From contig CM082597.2 in assembly GCA_040954595.2 (NCBI GenBank), forward strand, positions 186,001 through 250,000: 64,000 bases of DNA, written 5' to 3'. A program made the translations under genes and the position numbers. The DNA is from Balanoglossus misakiensis. Its lineage: Eukaryota; Animalia; Hemichordata. Position 1 is the first letter of the stretch; the number at the start of each line of letters is the position of its first letter. Shown here piece by piece: positions 12,832 through 27,800 of the stretch. The notes under the pieces were generated by a model. The model worked only from the letters and a program-made list of their open reading frames with translations. It had not been told where the DNA came from and made no database searches.

Positions 12832-15800
12832 ATGCGAAGGTATATCCGTTATTGGTTGCTAATATTAACATGTCTATTCTGCAAAACGGGTGAGTATCAC
12901 AAGGCTGCAAAGTTAGAAAGAAATTCGATGTGCAGATCTTGCTTTTCTTAATTGACATTTCTGTACAAATTATTAAAAAACAGTATTTTGGCCGAAAGAA
13001 AATATCAATTGCTAAACTTTGGATTTGGCAAATATCATAAGTTTCACCGACATCTCACTAGAATCAACGACTTTCAGTGTTTACTCAACTTGACCAATAT
13101 TACAAACTTTGTGACTGTTCAATTTATTACAGTGCATGGTGCACAGCGTTTCCTGACGGAACCAAGCGATGTGTCAGTCACAGTGGGAGGTACGGCTCTG
13201 CTGTTATGTTCGGTGGCAGAAAAGAAAGGGTTTGTCACGTGGTTACAAGATGGCCAACCCTTGAATTTTGATACATTGATGAGCATTGGTGATTCAAGAT
13301 ATTCCATCCAAACGCCAATCGTTGGTGAAGATTATCACCTACAGATTAATGACGTCACTTTCGATGACCAAGCAACTTTTCAATGCACAGTGACAAGGGG
13401 CGGTGGAGACGCTGCTTTAGTGTCTGGTGATGCCCGGCTCATAGTCACAGGTGAGAATTACACCAAATAAACCGTAAGAATGAAAACAGGATAAATAGCC
13501 ATAGACCCAGACTGAATGGCAGATAGACAGACAGACAAACCCACGGACACAGATAGAAAGACAAAAGATAGACAAAGAGAAAGATTGCTGATACATATAA
13601 GCTTATCACCATATGGTGCAATCACCAGGCATCACAATTCATCTATAATAATGATTTATGATCTTTGCTTAACAACAGAACCAGTGTCACAGTCATTCTC
13701 AACCACCCCAACCGATGAGACGGTAGTAGCTGGAAACTCAGTACAATTCTATTGCACTGTTGAAAACAAGGAAGGAATACTACTATGGTCCAAAGATGGC
13801 GAAGATATTACCAAAGACAGCACGATTATTAGTGACAATAGTCGGTATCGATTGCGTGGGGATTCGTCTCAAGGTGTATATAATTTTAGGATACGTTTTG
13901 CGGAGGTGTCCGATGCTGGAGTGTACGCATGTCGAGTGACAGCTAGAGGCAACAGTGATCAAATCGGACCAATCGAGGCCAGGCTGACTGTGCTGGGTAA
14001 GAATATCATCAACTAATCAGATTGACGACAGTAAGACTTATATACATGACAGTCATGTTCTGACTTAGTGGTTTCAATAACAGTTAATTGATGGATAGAT
14101 GTGTCTGTCTATCTTCTTGTCCACACTTCAATTTATAAGTAAGAGGGTGACATGAGGTTATTCATACAGAAACTAGATCAACCAATTATAATGCTAAACC
14201 TCCATCCTCGAGAGTCCACCGTGGCAGTGTCTAATTTCAGTGTTTATAATAAATATTACTTCATCAAAATTATTTGACAGGACCACAGTCTTTTCGAGAA
14301 AGGCCAGAAGACCAGTTAAAAATTGTTGGAACCACAACATCGTTTCCGTGTGCCATAGACAACAAAGAAGGCACTGTTATTTGGTCCAAAGATGGCGTAG
14401 ATTTGACAAATGACGCCACCGTCATCAGTGACAATACCAGATTGCGTGTTGTCGGAGATCAAGCGAGTGATGAATATACACTTCGCATAAAACCAACTGA
14501 ATTTGGAGATGAAGGTGTATATGGGTGTCGAGTAACAGCTGCTGGAATAAGTGACGAAATAGGACCCATAGAAGCAACTCTTACAATACAAGGTAATAGT
14601 TACAGGGATATGGCGGAACATTACAACGACGTCATGTGGTGATGCGGTTGACAAGATGGCGAAATCATAAGTGATCCTGATGAACTACCAATCCTTGTGT
14701 GTATACATGGATGTGACGTTGAGTGTCCCACATTGTTAGAATAATGTTCTTATTCCACAATTATAAAGCTTTGTTTGTTTGATTTGTGTAGATTACCAAT
14801 CATTCACAGTGATACCCGAAGATGTTAATGTCCTAGAAGGACTCTCGACAACACTTTTCTGCTCTGTAAGTGACAAAACAGGCACGTTGTCATGGGCACG
14901 GGATGGTGAACAATTAAACACCGATGACGTAATGATCACATCGGATACTGCATATAGAATAGACAGTCCGACGATTGGAGTGGATTATAATTTGGTTATC
15001 GATGGCATCAATTCACAACATGCTGGAGCATACGTATGTTCAGTGACTGGGTCCTCTACCATCCCTAGATTGACTTCTGACCCTGCAATCGTCACTGTGG
15101 AAAGTAAGTAGACTGACTCGCTCCAAAAATTGTTTACGTTCATCATAATGTTTAGAATTGTTCATACAAATTTGAACTTAAACTTGCACTATTTCAGAGA
15201 ACCTATAATATCTCTATCCTATCCGTGTTAAATCTGTCAAATATTTAGTTATGTTTTAATGGTATCTTAAATTTTCAGAATCACAGAGTTTCCGAAGATT
15301 ACCAGAAGACCAGTCGGGACTTGTCGGAGAAACAATAGTCTTTGAGTGTGGCATCGACAACAAAGATGGCGATGCAATTTGGTCCAAAGAAGGAACTGAT
15401 TTAACTCGCGATGACTCAATATTGACTGATGATGACCGAATTTCAATTACCGGTGACCAGACTCGTGGCCAATTTAACTTACAAATCAGCTCGATTCAGA
15501 TGGAAGATAATGGCGTCTACATGTGTAGGGTGACTGCCGTTGGCGATGTAGATCAAATAGGACCCGTGGAAGCAATTCTCACCGTACAGGGTTAGTGTAC
15601 TCTTCTTATTTTGTTGCTGTTTTGATTGACATGAACAAGAAGCCCCACTCCAACCATGTCATGTCACCCAACACCAAATTTACCTGCATGTCTTAGTAAT
15701 AACACCAACCTTCCCATCCAACCAACCAACCATGACCACCACCAGCACCCAACAACATCAACACAATTTAACCTAGATGCTGATATTAGTTTTATTCTTT

Positions 15801-18800
15801 ATATCTGCACCAGCCCTACAAGCCTTCACCATTCAACCTGGAGATGTAACGATTCTAGAAGGACTTTCTACAACATTAGCTTGCTCTATTAGTGGAAAAG
15901 CGGGCGAGTTATCATGGTTACATGATGGCGAACAATTAAACATAGACGACTTAATGATCACATCGGATGCTGCGTACAGTATCAACAGCCCAAAGATTGG
16001 TGTTGATTATAACCTAGATATCAGTAACATCAACGAGCAGCATGCTGGGATATATGTTTGCACGGTGTCAAAATCGGGAGGGCATGATGCCTTGACCTCT
16101 GACCCGGCCGTTGTAACAGTGTCATGTAAGTAACACACATTGCTACATAAAAAAATCCGCTTTTATACTTGATTTGTCACTTTATTAATTTGTATTTATC
16201 ATCTTTGGCACAATCCACCACCTTTTCACATGAAGTAGACAACTGCTCAACTTTAGATGAAGACAACCAGGATTCTTATTTTGTCAAATTGTTTTCAACA
16301 GTGCGCCAGTCGTTTCAAAGAGAGCCTACGGATATTTCTGTTGTGGAAGGCAACTCAGTTCAATTAATGTGTTCCGTCATCAACCGACATGGAACTGTTT
16401 CATGGAAGAAAAATGGCGTGGAAATAAGTGAAGATGTGACCATATTAACATCAGATTCTCGTCTGAGCATCGTGGGGGACATTCCAGGACAGGACTATGT
16501 TCTTAAGATTGATAATGTCAATCTTGAAGACGCTGCAGATTATCAGTGTAGTGTGTCGGCTGCTGCTAACGACGACGCCATTTCCAGTCAATTTGCAATT
16601 CTTACAGTTTTCGGTAAGATTTTACGTCATAGACTTGTGATTAATGCTCAAATGTAAAAGCTTCGGCTTTGCGTTTATGAAAATTGAAACATATGACATT
16701 ACTAAACCAGCAACTGTTTTACAAATTATCTTCTGCAGATTTACAAATACAAAGTTTCAAGATAACACCTGACGACACTCTCATCCTTGAAGGAAGTTTT
16801 GTCATTTTAATTTGTGTTGTGGATCATAAAGAAGGAAATGTTATCTGGTCCCAAAATGGCGACGATATAACCAATGACGTCATTGTAACAAATGACAACG
16901 ATCGTTACTCTGTCGCTGGGGAACAAAGTAATGGAGAATATAACCTTCAGATCGAAAGAAGTGATCTTTCTGACTCTGGACTATATCAATGCCGTGTTAC
17001 TGAAGCTGACAACAGCCCTGAAATCATAACAGAAGAAGTCGTGCTTGAAGTTCAACGTGAGTCACGTGATTAACGTATCTATGTACAAGATACATCGTGT
17101 GGTCAAACGTGGTTCAAAACTACCATGTCCGAATATTAAATAATTCATTCCACGAAATTGAACAACTATGACAGCAGTCTATTCTAGCCAATAGTTCAAA
17201 TAATAACCATACACTTATCGTTCAGTTATCTTTGTTTTCATTCCAGCAAAACAATCTTTTTCAATTGAACCATCTGATACCATCGTTGTGGAGGGAGACA
17301 CCACCATATTGACTTGTGTTGTCAGTAACAAACATGGCATACTTTCATGGAAGAAGAATGGTGACGTTATCAGTAATGATATGGAGATAATATCAACCGA
17401 CAGTCGTCTTAGTATTCAAACTGATTCACCGGAAGCAGAATACAGCCTTAGAATACAAAACGTTAGATTGGATGACGGTGCTCTTTATGTTTGTTACGTC
17501 TCTGGAGGTGACATCGGTGACGAAGAGATTACCAGTCGATCGGCAACCTTGACTGTGCAAGGTAAATTGGTTGGCATTAGACAGATGAGTAGACCATCTC
17601 AACTTGCAAAGGAATAACCTTTGGTGACGCCAATGATATGACATTATATTCATAGAGGGATTAGATTTGCCAAATTTTGTAAATTTATCATGCTATTTTT
17701 GGCTTTTCTTATTTCAGATTCTGCAATTCAAAGTTTTATCAAATTACCAACTGATACAGTTGTTCTGTCAGGGAATGACGTCATTTTAGAGTGTCATGTT
17801 GACCATATCGAAGGAAGTGTTATCTGGTCAAAGGATGACTTTGTTATTTCCGACATGGACAGTGATGCTGGTCCTAAGTTTTCCATCGTTGGCGACTATA
17901 GCATTGGAGAGTACAATTTACAAATTGATAATGTCAATTCAACTGATAGCGGTAATTATCAATGCCGAGTCACATCAGCAGACAACAGTCCCGAGATACG
18001 CTCACCAAAAGTCAGAGTCGAAGTTGAAGGTAAGAATTGTTCCATCAGCATAAGTAGTATTGAACTTTGGGTTTTGAAATTGTATTTTCAGGATCATGCT
18101 TATATTAAAGCTATGTTTAATGTGATTATATTTATTGTGATTGTTTTCTACTCAGAGTCTCAGCAGTTTCTCAAAGGCCCCTCTGACAAGGAAGTGACAG
18201 AAGGTGATCGGGTCACTGTGGCTTGCACATTTGAAAATAAACATGGCAACTTATACTTCATGAAAAATGGTGAACCGATCACTGATGAAGAACACGTTAT
18301 TGTTAACGATGCTCGTATCACAGTCATCATCGTTACACCCAATGAAAAGTACAACTTTACGATAGCAGACATCAGACTTAGTGATGCAGGACTGTATTCA
18401 TGTTATCTATCTGAAGGGGATATTGGTGATGTTGCCACTGAAAGTGGTACAGGACGATTGACTGTCTTCGGTAAGCGTGAACAATATTCCAAAGTTGAAT
18501 AGCAGTAAGATTAATAAATATAGCAAGATTAATAACCATGCCAAGATTGATGATGATTAAATATTTAATTTATTTAATCTCCATGTGCTTAATTTGCAGA
18601 CGCCGAAGTGCAAACCTTTCTGTCAGAACCTGTCAACACAGAGAAAGTATTGGATTCAACAGTGGTATTACAATGTGTAGTGGATCATATCGAAGGAGTG
18701 GTCATGTGGTACAAGGATGGCATCTCAATAAGCAATGATCTCAACGTGACTAATGGAGAGACAAGATACTCGGTGGTTGGAGACAAGCTCAGTGGAGAAT

Positions 18801-21800
18801 ATAATTTGCAAATCACAAACGTTATCTTAACAGATAGTGGCGAATACCAATGTCATGTGACAGCAGCTGACAACAGTGATGAATTGAGATCATCTGTAAT
18901 TGATGTTAACATTGAAAGTAAGATTTATGGGACTCACTACGTCATAGTCTGTAACAAACTGAACGACCAACGTCTATCCATTCGCAACGTAACATTACAA
19001 TTATAACCGACATTCGTGCCAACGTTCCTTTGATCACACTGGGCTTTATTCTTGTATTTGTGCCAAATATTACTCGAAGTTCACTATTATTTCCTTAAAC
19101 AAAACCATCTGTATTGCATTTTATCTTGTTAGTTCCACAGTCTTTCATCGAAGAGCCAGTAAACACAACGGCCGTTGAAGGAAATATAGCAACTTTGAAA
19201 TGCTCCGTAGACAACAAACATGGTCTCTTATCATGGAAGAAAGATGACATCATCATTATCAACCAAGACATGGATATTCTTGATGTAGACACTCGATTCC
19301 AAATTTCAACATCGAATCCCGGTGTGGAATACAATTTAAATATCTTAAATTTAAACCTTAACGATGCTGGAAGCTATGTCTGTCATGTGACAGGTGCACA
19401 AAATGGTGACACTTTCATTGAAAGTCATTCAATAACGCTGACAGTGCACGGTAAGACATATTCTCTTAAATTCAATACAGGAAACTGTACTAGCGAAATT
19501 TGATCAGTTAGGCATATCGATGAGTGTAATGACTTGTGTGATAACGAATGTTCAACACATATGGTGTCCTTAGTCTGTCAATCAACCTTGTCTTTACAGA
19601 CATTGGGGTTCATTCGTTCATCAAAACACCGGAAGATACGTTAATGGTAGTGAGTGGAACTCTCACATTGAATTGTGACGTCATTGAGAAAGAAGGGACG
19701 GTTATCTGGAGTAAAGATGGCGTCGATATCAGTACAGATGACGTAATCACTATTGATGACACTCGATATTCGATCATTGGAGACAGGGCCATTGGAGAAT
19801 ACAAGTTACAAATCATCAACATCGATTTAGAAGACGCAGGAGATTACATTTGTAGAGTTGTTGCAGCGGAAAACAGTCCTGAGATACGGTCAGACGTTGC
19901 CACAGTAACTGTTGAAGGTAAATTATCACTTTTCCACTTGAGTTTCTCAAAGGAAACGTTAACTGTATGTTTTTTCATACCGTGCAACAAAATGATTATA
20001 TATTAATTGACAAAGTGTCTTTATATTTCATGCAGTTCAACAATCGTTTATGTTGGAACCCACTGACGTCATTTCCGTCGAAGAGGACAGTACAACTATC
20101 CTGTGTTCAGTGAACAACAAGCATGGAGTCGTATCCTGGAAGAAGGATGACGTGATTCTAAGTAGTGACATGGACATCACAGTGTCTGATAGTCGTCTAC
20201 GAATCTCGAGTCCAACTCCTGGCATTGATTATAATTTACGTATTGGGAATCTACAAATGGATGACGCTGGAAATTATTCATGTCACGTGTCAGAGACATC
20301 CAATGGAGACCGAGCTATAGATAGCCAATCAGCTTATCTAACAGTGTATGGTTAGTAACGTAATTTCAAAGTTCTAAATTTAATTATTGCTTGGTGTGAC
20401 AGACACCTTCCCTAGTAACGCTTAAAGCATAACATAATTGACGTCTATCAATGACGATGATTTGACATATATTAATTGTACAGTATCTGCGTTACATTGC
20501 TCCAATGATCCAAACGATTTCAAATTATCTCATTGCAGACATTGAGGTTCATTCGTTCATCAAAACACCGGAAGATACGTTAATGGTAGTGAGTGGAACT
20601 CTCACATTGAATTGTGACGTCCTTCACAAAGAAGGAACAGTTATCTGGAGTAAAGATGGCGTCGATATCAGTACAGATGACGTAATCACCATTGATGACA
20701 CTCGTTATTCGATCATTGGAGACAGGGCCATTGGAGAATACAAGTTACAAATCATCAACATCGGTCTAGATGATGCAGGAGATTACATTTGTAGAGTTAC
20801 TGCAGCAGAAAACAGTCCTGAGATACGGTCAGATGTTGCCACAGTAACTGTTGAAGGTAAATTATCACTTTTCCACTTGAGTTTCTCAAAGCAAACTATA
20901 ACTGTTATGTTTTTAATATCGAGCAACAAAATGATCATATATTAATTGATAAAATGTGGTTATATTCTCTCTATGCAGTTCAACAATCGTTTATGTTGGA
21001 ACCAACTGACGTCATTTCCGTCGAAGAGGACAGTACAACTATTCTGTGTTCAGTGAACAACAAACATGGAGTCGTATCCTGGAAGAAGGATGACGTGACT
21101 CTAAGTAGTGACATGGACATCACAGTGTCTGATAGTCGTCTAAGAATCTCGAGTCCAACTCCTGGCATTGATTATAATTTACGTATTGGGAATCTACAAA
21201 TGGATGACGCCGGAAATTATTCATGTCACGTGTCAGAGACATCCAATGGAGACCGAGCTATAGATAGCCAATCAGCTTATCTAACAGTGTATGGTTAGTA
21301 ACATAATTTCAAAGTACTAAATGACAATATTTTTGGGTGTGAGAGGCACCTTCCCTAATGACGTTTAAGCATGACATAATTGACATCTATCAATGACGAT
21401 GATTTGACATATATTAATTGTACAGTATCTGCGTTTAATACATTGCTGCAATGATCCAAACGATTTCATATTCTCATTGCAGACATTGAGGTTCATTCGT
21501 TCATCATAACACCGGAAGACACATTAATGGTAGTGAGTGGAACTCTCAGATTGAATTGTGACGTCACTGAGAAAGAAGGAACGGTTATCTGGAGTAAAGA
21601 TGGCGTCGACATCAGTACAGATGACGTAATCACCATTGATGACACTCGATATTCGATCATTGGAGACAGGGCCATTGGAGAATACAAGTTACAAATCATC
21701 AACATCGATTTAGATGACGCAGGAGATTACATTTGTAGAGTTACTGCAGCAGAAAACAGTCTTGAAATACGGTCAGACGTTGCCACAGTAACTGTTGAAG

Positions 21801-24800
21801 GTAAATTATCACTTTTCCACTTGAGTTTCTCAAAGCAAACTTTAGCTGTATGTTCATCCAGACCGTGCAACAAAGTGATCATTTATTAATTGATAGAATT
21901 TGGTTATATTCTCCCTATGCAGTTCAACAATCGTTTATGTTGGAACCAACTGACGTCATTTCCGTCGAAGAGGACAGTACAACTATTTTGTGTTCAGTAA
22001 ACAACAAACATGGAGTCGTATCCTGGAAGAAGGATGACGTGACTCTAAGTAGTGACATGGACATCACAGTGTCTGATAGTCGTCTAAGAATCTCGAGTCC
22101 AACTCCTGGCATTGATTATAATTTACGTATTGGGAATCTACAAATGGATGACGCTGGAAATTATTCATGTCACGTGTCAGAGACATCCAATGGAGACCGA
22201 GCTATAGATAGCCAATCAGCTTATCTAACAGTGTATGGTCAGTACCATAATTTTAAAGTACTAAATGACAATATTTTTGGGTGTGACAGACACCTTCCCT
22301 AGTAACACTTAAAGCATAACATAATTGACGTCTATCAATGACGATGATTTAGCATATATTAATTGTACAGTATCTGCGTTTAATACATTGCTGCAATGAT
22401 TCAAACGATTTCATATTCTCATTGCAGACGTTGAGGTTCATTCGTTCATCAAAACACCGGAAGATACGTTAATGGTAGTGAGTGGAACGCTCAGATTGAA
22501 TTGTGACGTCACTGAGAAAGAAGGAACGGTTATCTGGAGTAAAGATAGCGTCGATATCAGTACAGATGACGTAATCACCATTGATGACACTCGATACTCG
22601 ATCATTGGAGACAGGGCCATTGGAGAATACAAGTTACAAATCATCAACATCGATCTAGATGACGCTGGAGATTACATTTGTAGAGTTACTGCAGCGGAAA
22701 ACAGTCCTGAGATACGGTCAGACGTTGCCACAGTAACTGTTGAAGGTAAATTATCACTTTTCCACTTGAGTTTCTCAAAGCAAACTTTAACTGTATGTTC
22801 ATCCAAACCGTGCAACAAAGTGATCATTTATTAATTGATAAAATTTGGTTATATTCTCCCTATGCAGTTCAACAATCGTTTATGTTGGAACCAACTGACG
22901 TCATTTCCGTCGAAGAGGACAGTACAACTATTCTGTGTTCAGTAAACAACAAACATGGAGTCGTATCCTGGAAGAAGGATGACGTGACTCTAAGTAGTGA
23001 CATGGACATCACAGTGTCTGATAGTCGTCTAAGAATCTCGAGTCCAACTCCTGGCATTGATTATAATTTACGTATTGGGAATCTACAAATGGATGACGCT
23101 GGAAATTATTCATGTCACGTGTCAGAGACATCCAATGGAGACCGAGCTATAGATAGCCAATCAGCTTATCTAACAGTGTATGGTCAGTACCATAATTTTA
23201 AAGTACTAAATGACAATATTTTTGGGTGTGACAGACACCTTCCCTAGTAACACTTCAAGCATAACATAATTGACGTCTATCAATGACGATGATTTAGCAT
23301 ATATTAATTGTACAGTATCTGCGTTTAATACATTGCTGCAATGATTCAAACGATTTCATATTCTCATTGCAGACGTTGAGGTTCATTCGTTCATCAAAAC
23401 ACCGGAAGATACGTTAATGGTAGTGAGTGGAACGCTCAGATTGAATTGTGACGTCACTGAGAAAGAAGGAACTGTTATCTGGAGTAAAGATGGCGTCGAT
23501 ATCAGTACAGATGACGTAATCACCATTGATGACACTCGATATTCGATCATTGGAGACAGGGCCATTGGAGAATACAAGTTACAAATCATCAACATCGGTT
23601 TAGATGACGCAGGAGATTACATTTGTAGAGTTACTGCAGCGGAAAACAGTCCTGAGATACGGTCAGACGTTGCCACAGTAACTGTTGAAGGTAAATTATC
23701 ACTTTTCCACTTGAGTTTCTCAAAGGAAACGTTAACTGTATGTTTTTTCATACCGTGCAACAAAATGATTATATATTAACTGACAAAGTGTCTTTATATT
23801 TCATGCAGTTCAACAATCATTTATGTTGGAACCCACTGACGTCATTTCCGTCGAAGAGGACAGTACAACTATTCTGTGTTCAGTGAACAACAAACATGGA
23901 GTCGTATCCTGGAAGAAGGATGACGTGACTCTAAGTAGTGACATGGACATCACAGTGTCTGATAGTCGTCTAAGAATCTCGAGTCCAACTCCTGGCATTG
24001 ATTATAATTTACGTATTGGGAATCTACAAATGGATGACGCCGGAAATTATTCATGTCACGTGTCAGAGACATCCAATGGAGACCGAGCTATAGATAGCCA
24101 ATCAGCTTATCTAACAGTGTATGGTTAGTAACATAATTTCAAAGTACTAAATGACAATATTTTTGGGTGTGAGAGGCACCTTCCCTAATGACGTTTAAGC
24201 ATGACATAATTGACATCTATCAATGACGATGATTTGACATATATTAATTGTACAGTATCTGCGTTTAATACATTGCTGCAATGATCCAAACGATTTCATA
24301 TTCTCATTGCAGACATTGAGGTTCATTCGTTCATCAAAACACCGGAAGATACGTTAATGGTAGTGAGTGGAACTCTCACATTGAATTGTGACGTCCTTCA
24401 CAAAGAAGGAACAGTTATCTGGAGTAAAGATGGCGTCGATATCAGTACAGATGACGTAATCACTATTGATGACACACGATATTCGATCATTGGAGACAGG
24501 GCCATTGGAGAATACAAGTTACAAATCATCAACATCGATTTAGATGACGCAGGAGATTACATTTGTAGAGTTACTGCAGCAGAAAACAGTCTTGAAATAC
24601 GGTCAGACGTTGCCACAGTAACTGTTGAAGGTAAATTATCACTTTTTTCGTTGAGTTTCTCAAAGGAAAAGTTAACTGTATGTTTTTTCATACCATGCAA
24701 CAAAATGATTATATATTAATCGACAAAGTGTCTTAATATTTCATGCAGTTCAACAATCATTTATGTTGGAACCCACTGACGTCATTTCCGTCGAAGAGGA

Positions 24801-27800
24801 CAGTACAACTATTCTGTGTTCAGTGAACAACAAGCATGGAGTCGTATCCTGGAAGAAGGATGACGTGATTCTAAGTAGTGACATGGACATCACAGTGTCT
24901 GATAGTCGTCTACGAATCTCGAGTCCAACTCCTGGCATTGATTATAATTTACGTATTGGGAATCTACAAATGGATGACGCTGGAAATTATTCATGTCACG
25001 TGTCAGAGACATCCAATGGAGACCGAGCTATAGATAGCCAATCAGCTTATCTAACAGTGTATGGTTAGTAACGTAATTTCAAAGTTCTAAATTTAATTAT
25101 TGCTTGGTGTGACAGACACCTTCCCTAGTAACGTTTAAAGCATAACATAATTGACGTCTATCAATGACGATGATTTAGCATATATTAATTGTACAGTATC
25201 TGCGTTTAATACATTGCTGCAATGATCCAAACGATTTCATATTCTCATTGCAGACATTGAGGTTCATTCGTTCATCAAAACACCGGAAGATACGTTAATG
25301 GTAGTGAGTGGAACTCTCAGATTGAATTGTGACGTCACTGAGAAAGAAGGAACGGTTATCTGGAGTAAAGATGGCGTCGATATCAGTACAGATGACGTAA
25401 TCACCATTGATGACACTCGATACTCGATCATTGGAGACAGGGCCATTGGAGAATACAAGTTACAAATCATCAACATCGATCTAGATGACGCAGGAGATTA
25501 CATTTGTAGAGTTACTGCAGCGGAAAACAGTCTTGAAATACGGTCAGACGTTGCCACAGTAACTGTTGAAGGTAAATTATCACTTTTCCACTTGAGTTTC
25601 TCAAAGGAAACGTTAACTGTGTGTTTTTTCATACCGTGCAACAAAATGATTATATATTAATTGACAAAGTGTCTTTATATTTCATGCAGTTCAACAATCA
25701 TTTATGTTGGAACCAACTGACGTCATTTCCGTCGAAGAGGACAGTACAACTATTCTGTGTTCAGTAAACAACAAACATGGAGTCGTATCCTGGAAGAAGG
25801 ATGACGTGATTCTAAGTAGTGACATGGACATCACAGTGTCTGATAGTCGTCTACGAATCTCGAGTCCAACTCCTGGCATTGATTATAATTTACGTATTGG
25901 GAATCTACAAATGGATGACGCTGGAAATTATTCATGTCACGTGTCAGAGACATCCAATGGAGACCGAGCTATAGATAGCCAATCAGCTTATCTAACAGTG
26001 TATGGTTAGTAACGTAATTTCAAAGTTCTAAATTTAATTATTGCTTGGTGTGACAGACACCTTCCCTAGTAACGTTTAAAGCATAACATAATTGACGTCT
26101 ATCAATGACGATGATTTAGCATATATTAATTGTACAGTATCTGCGTTTAATACATTGCTGCAATGATCCAAACGATTTCATATTCTCATTGCAGACATTG
26201 AGGTTCATTCGTTCATCAAAACACCGGAATATACGTTAATGGTAGTGAGTGGAACTCTCACATTGAATTGTGACGTCACTGAGAAAGAAGGAACGGTTAT
26301 CTGGAGTAAAGATGGCGTCGATATCAGTACAGATGATGTAATCACTATTGATGACACACGATATTCGATTATTGGAGACAGGGCCATTGGAGAATACAAG
26401 TTACAAATCATCAACATCGATCTAGATGATGCAGGAGATTACATTTGTAGAGTTACTGCAGCGGAAAACAGTCCTGAGATACGGTCAAACGTTGCCACAG
26501 TAACTGTTGAAGGTAAATTATCACTTTTTTCGTTGAGTTTCTCAAAGGAAACGTTAACTGTATGTTTTTCCGTACCGTGCAACAAAATATTCATTGATAA
26601 AATGTGGTTATATTCTCCCTATGCAGTTCAACAATCATTTATGTTGGAACCCACTGACGTCATTTCCGTCGAAGAGGACAGTACAACTATTCTGTGTTCA
26701 GTGAACAACAAACATGGAGTCGTATCCTGGAAGAAGGATGACGTGACTCTAAGTAGTGACATGGACATCACAGTGTCTGATAGTCGTCTAAGAATCTCGA
26801 GTCCAACTCCTGGCATTGATTATAATTTACGTATTGGGAATCTACAAATGGATGACGCTGGAAATTATTCATGTCACGTGTCAGAGACATCCAATGGAGA
26901 CCGAGCTATAGATAGCCAATCAGCTTATCTAACAGTGTATGGTTAGTAACAAAATTTCAAAGTACTAAATGACAATATTTTTGGGTGTGACAGACACCTT
27001 CCCTAATGACGTTTAAGCATGACATAATTGACATCTATCAATGACGATGATTTGACATACATTAATTGTACAGTATCTGCGTTTAATACATTGCTGCAAT
27101 GATCCAAACGATTTCATATTCTCATTGCAGACATTGAGGTTCATTCGTTCATCAAAACACCGGAAGATACGTTAATGGTAGTGAGTGGAACTCTCAGATT
27201 GAATTGTGACGTCACTGAGAAAGAAGGAACGGTTATCTGGAGTAAAGATGGCGTCGATATCAGTACAGATGACGTAATCACCATTGATGACACTCGATAT
27301 TCAATCATTGGAGACAGGGCCATTGGAGAATACAAGTTACAAATCATCAACATCGATTTAGAAGACGCAGGAGATTACATTTGTAGAGTTACTGCAGCAG
27401 AAAACAGTCTTGAAATACGGTCAGACGTTGCCACAGTAACTGTTGAAGGTAAATTATCACTTTTCCACTTGAGTTTCTCAAAGGAAAAGTTAACTGTATG
27501 TTTTTTCATACCGTGCAACAAAATGATTATATATTAATTGACAAAGTGTCTTTATATTTCATGCAGTTCAACAATCATTTATGTTGGAACCCACTGACGT
27601 CATTTCCGTCGAAGAGGACAGTACAACTATTCTGTGTTCAGTAAACAACAAACATGGAGTCGTATCCTGGAAGAAGGATGACGTGACTCTAAGTAGTGAC
27701 ATGGACATCACAGTGTCTGATAGTCGTCTAAGAATCTCGAGTCCAACTCCTGGCATTGATTATAATTTACGTATTGGGAATCTACAAATGGATGACGCTG

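Noticed and set aside
20351-20355. In-frame stop right after most B-exon donors (G|GT TAG) as a designed secreted-isoform switch
   Set aside because: Phase-1 GTTAG/GTAAGTAA donors create such stops automatically; no consistent intronic poly(A) signal was seen in the repeat introns.
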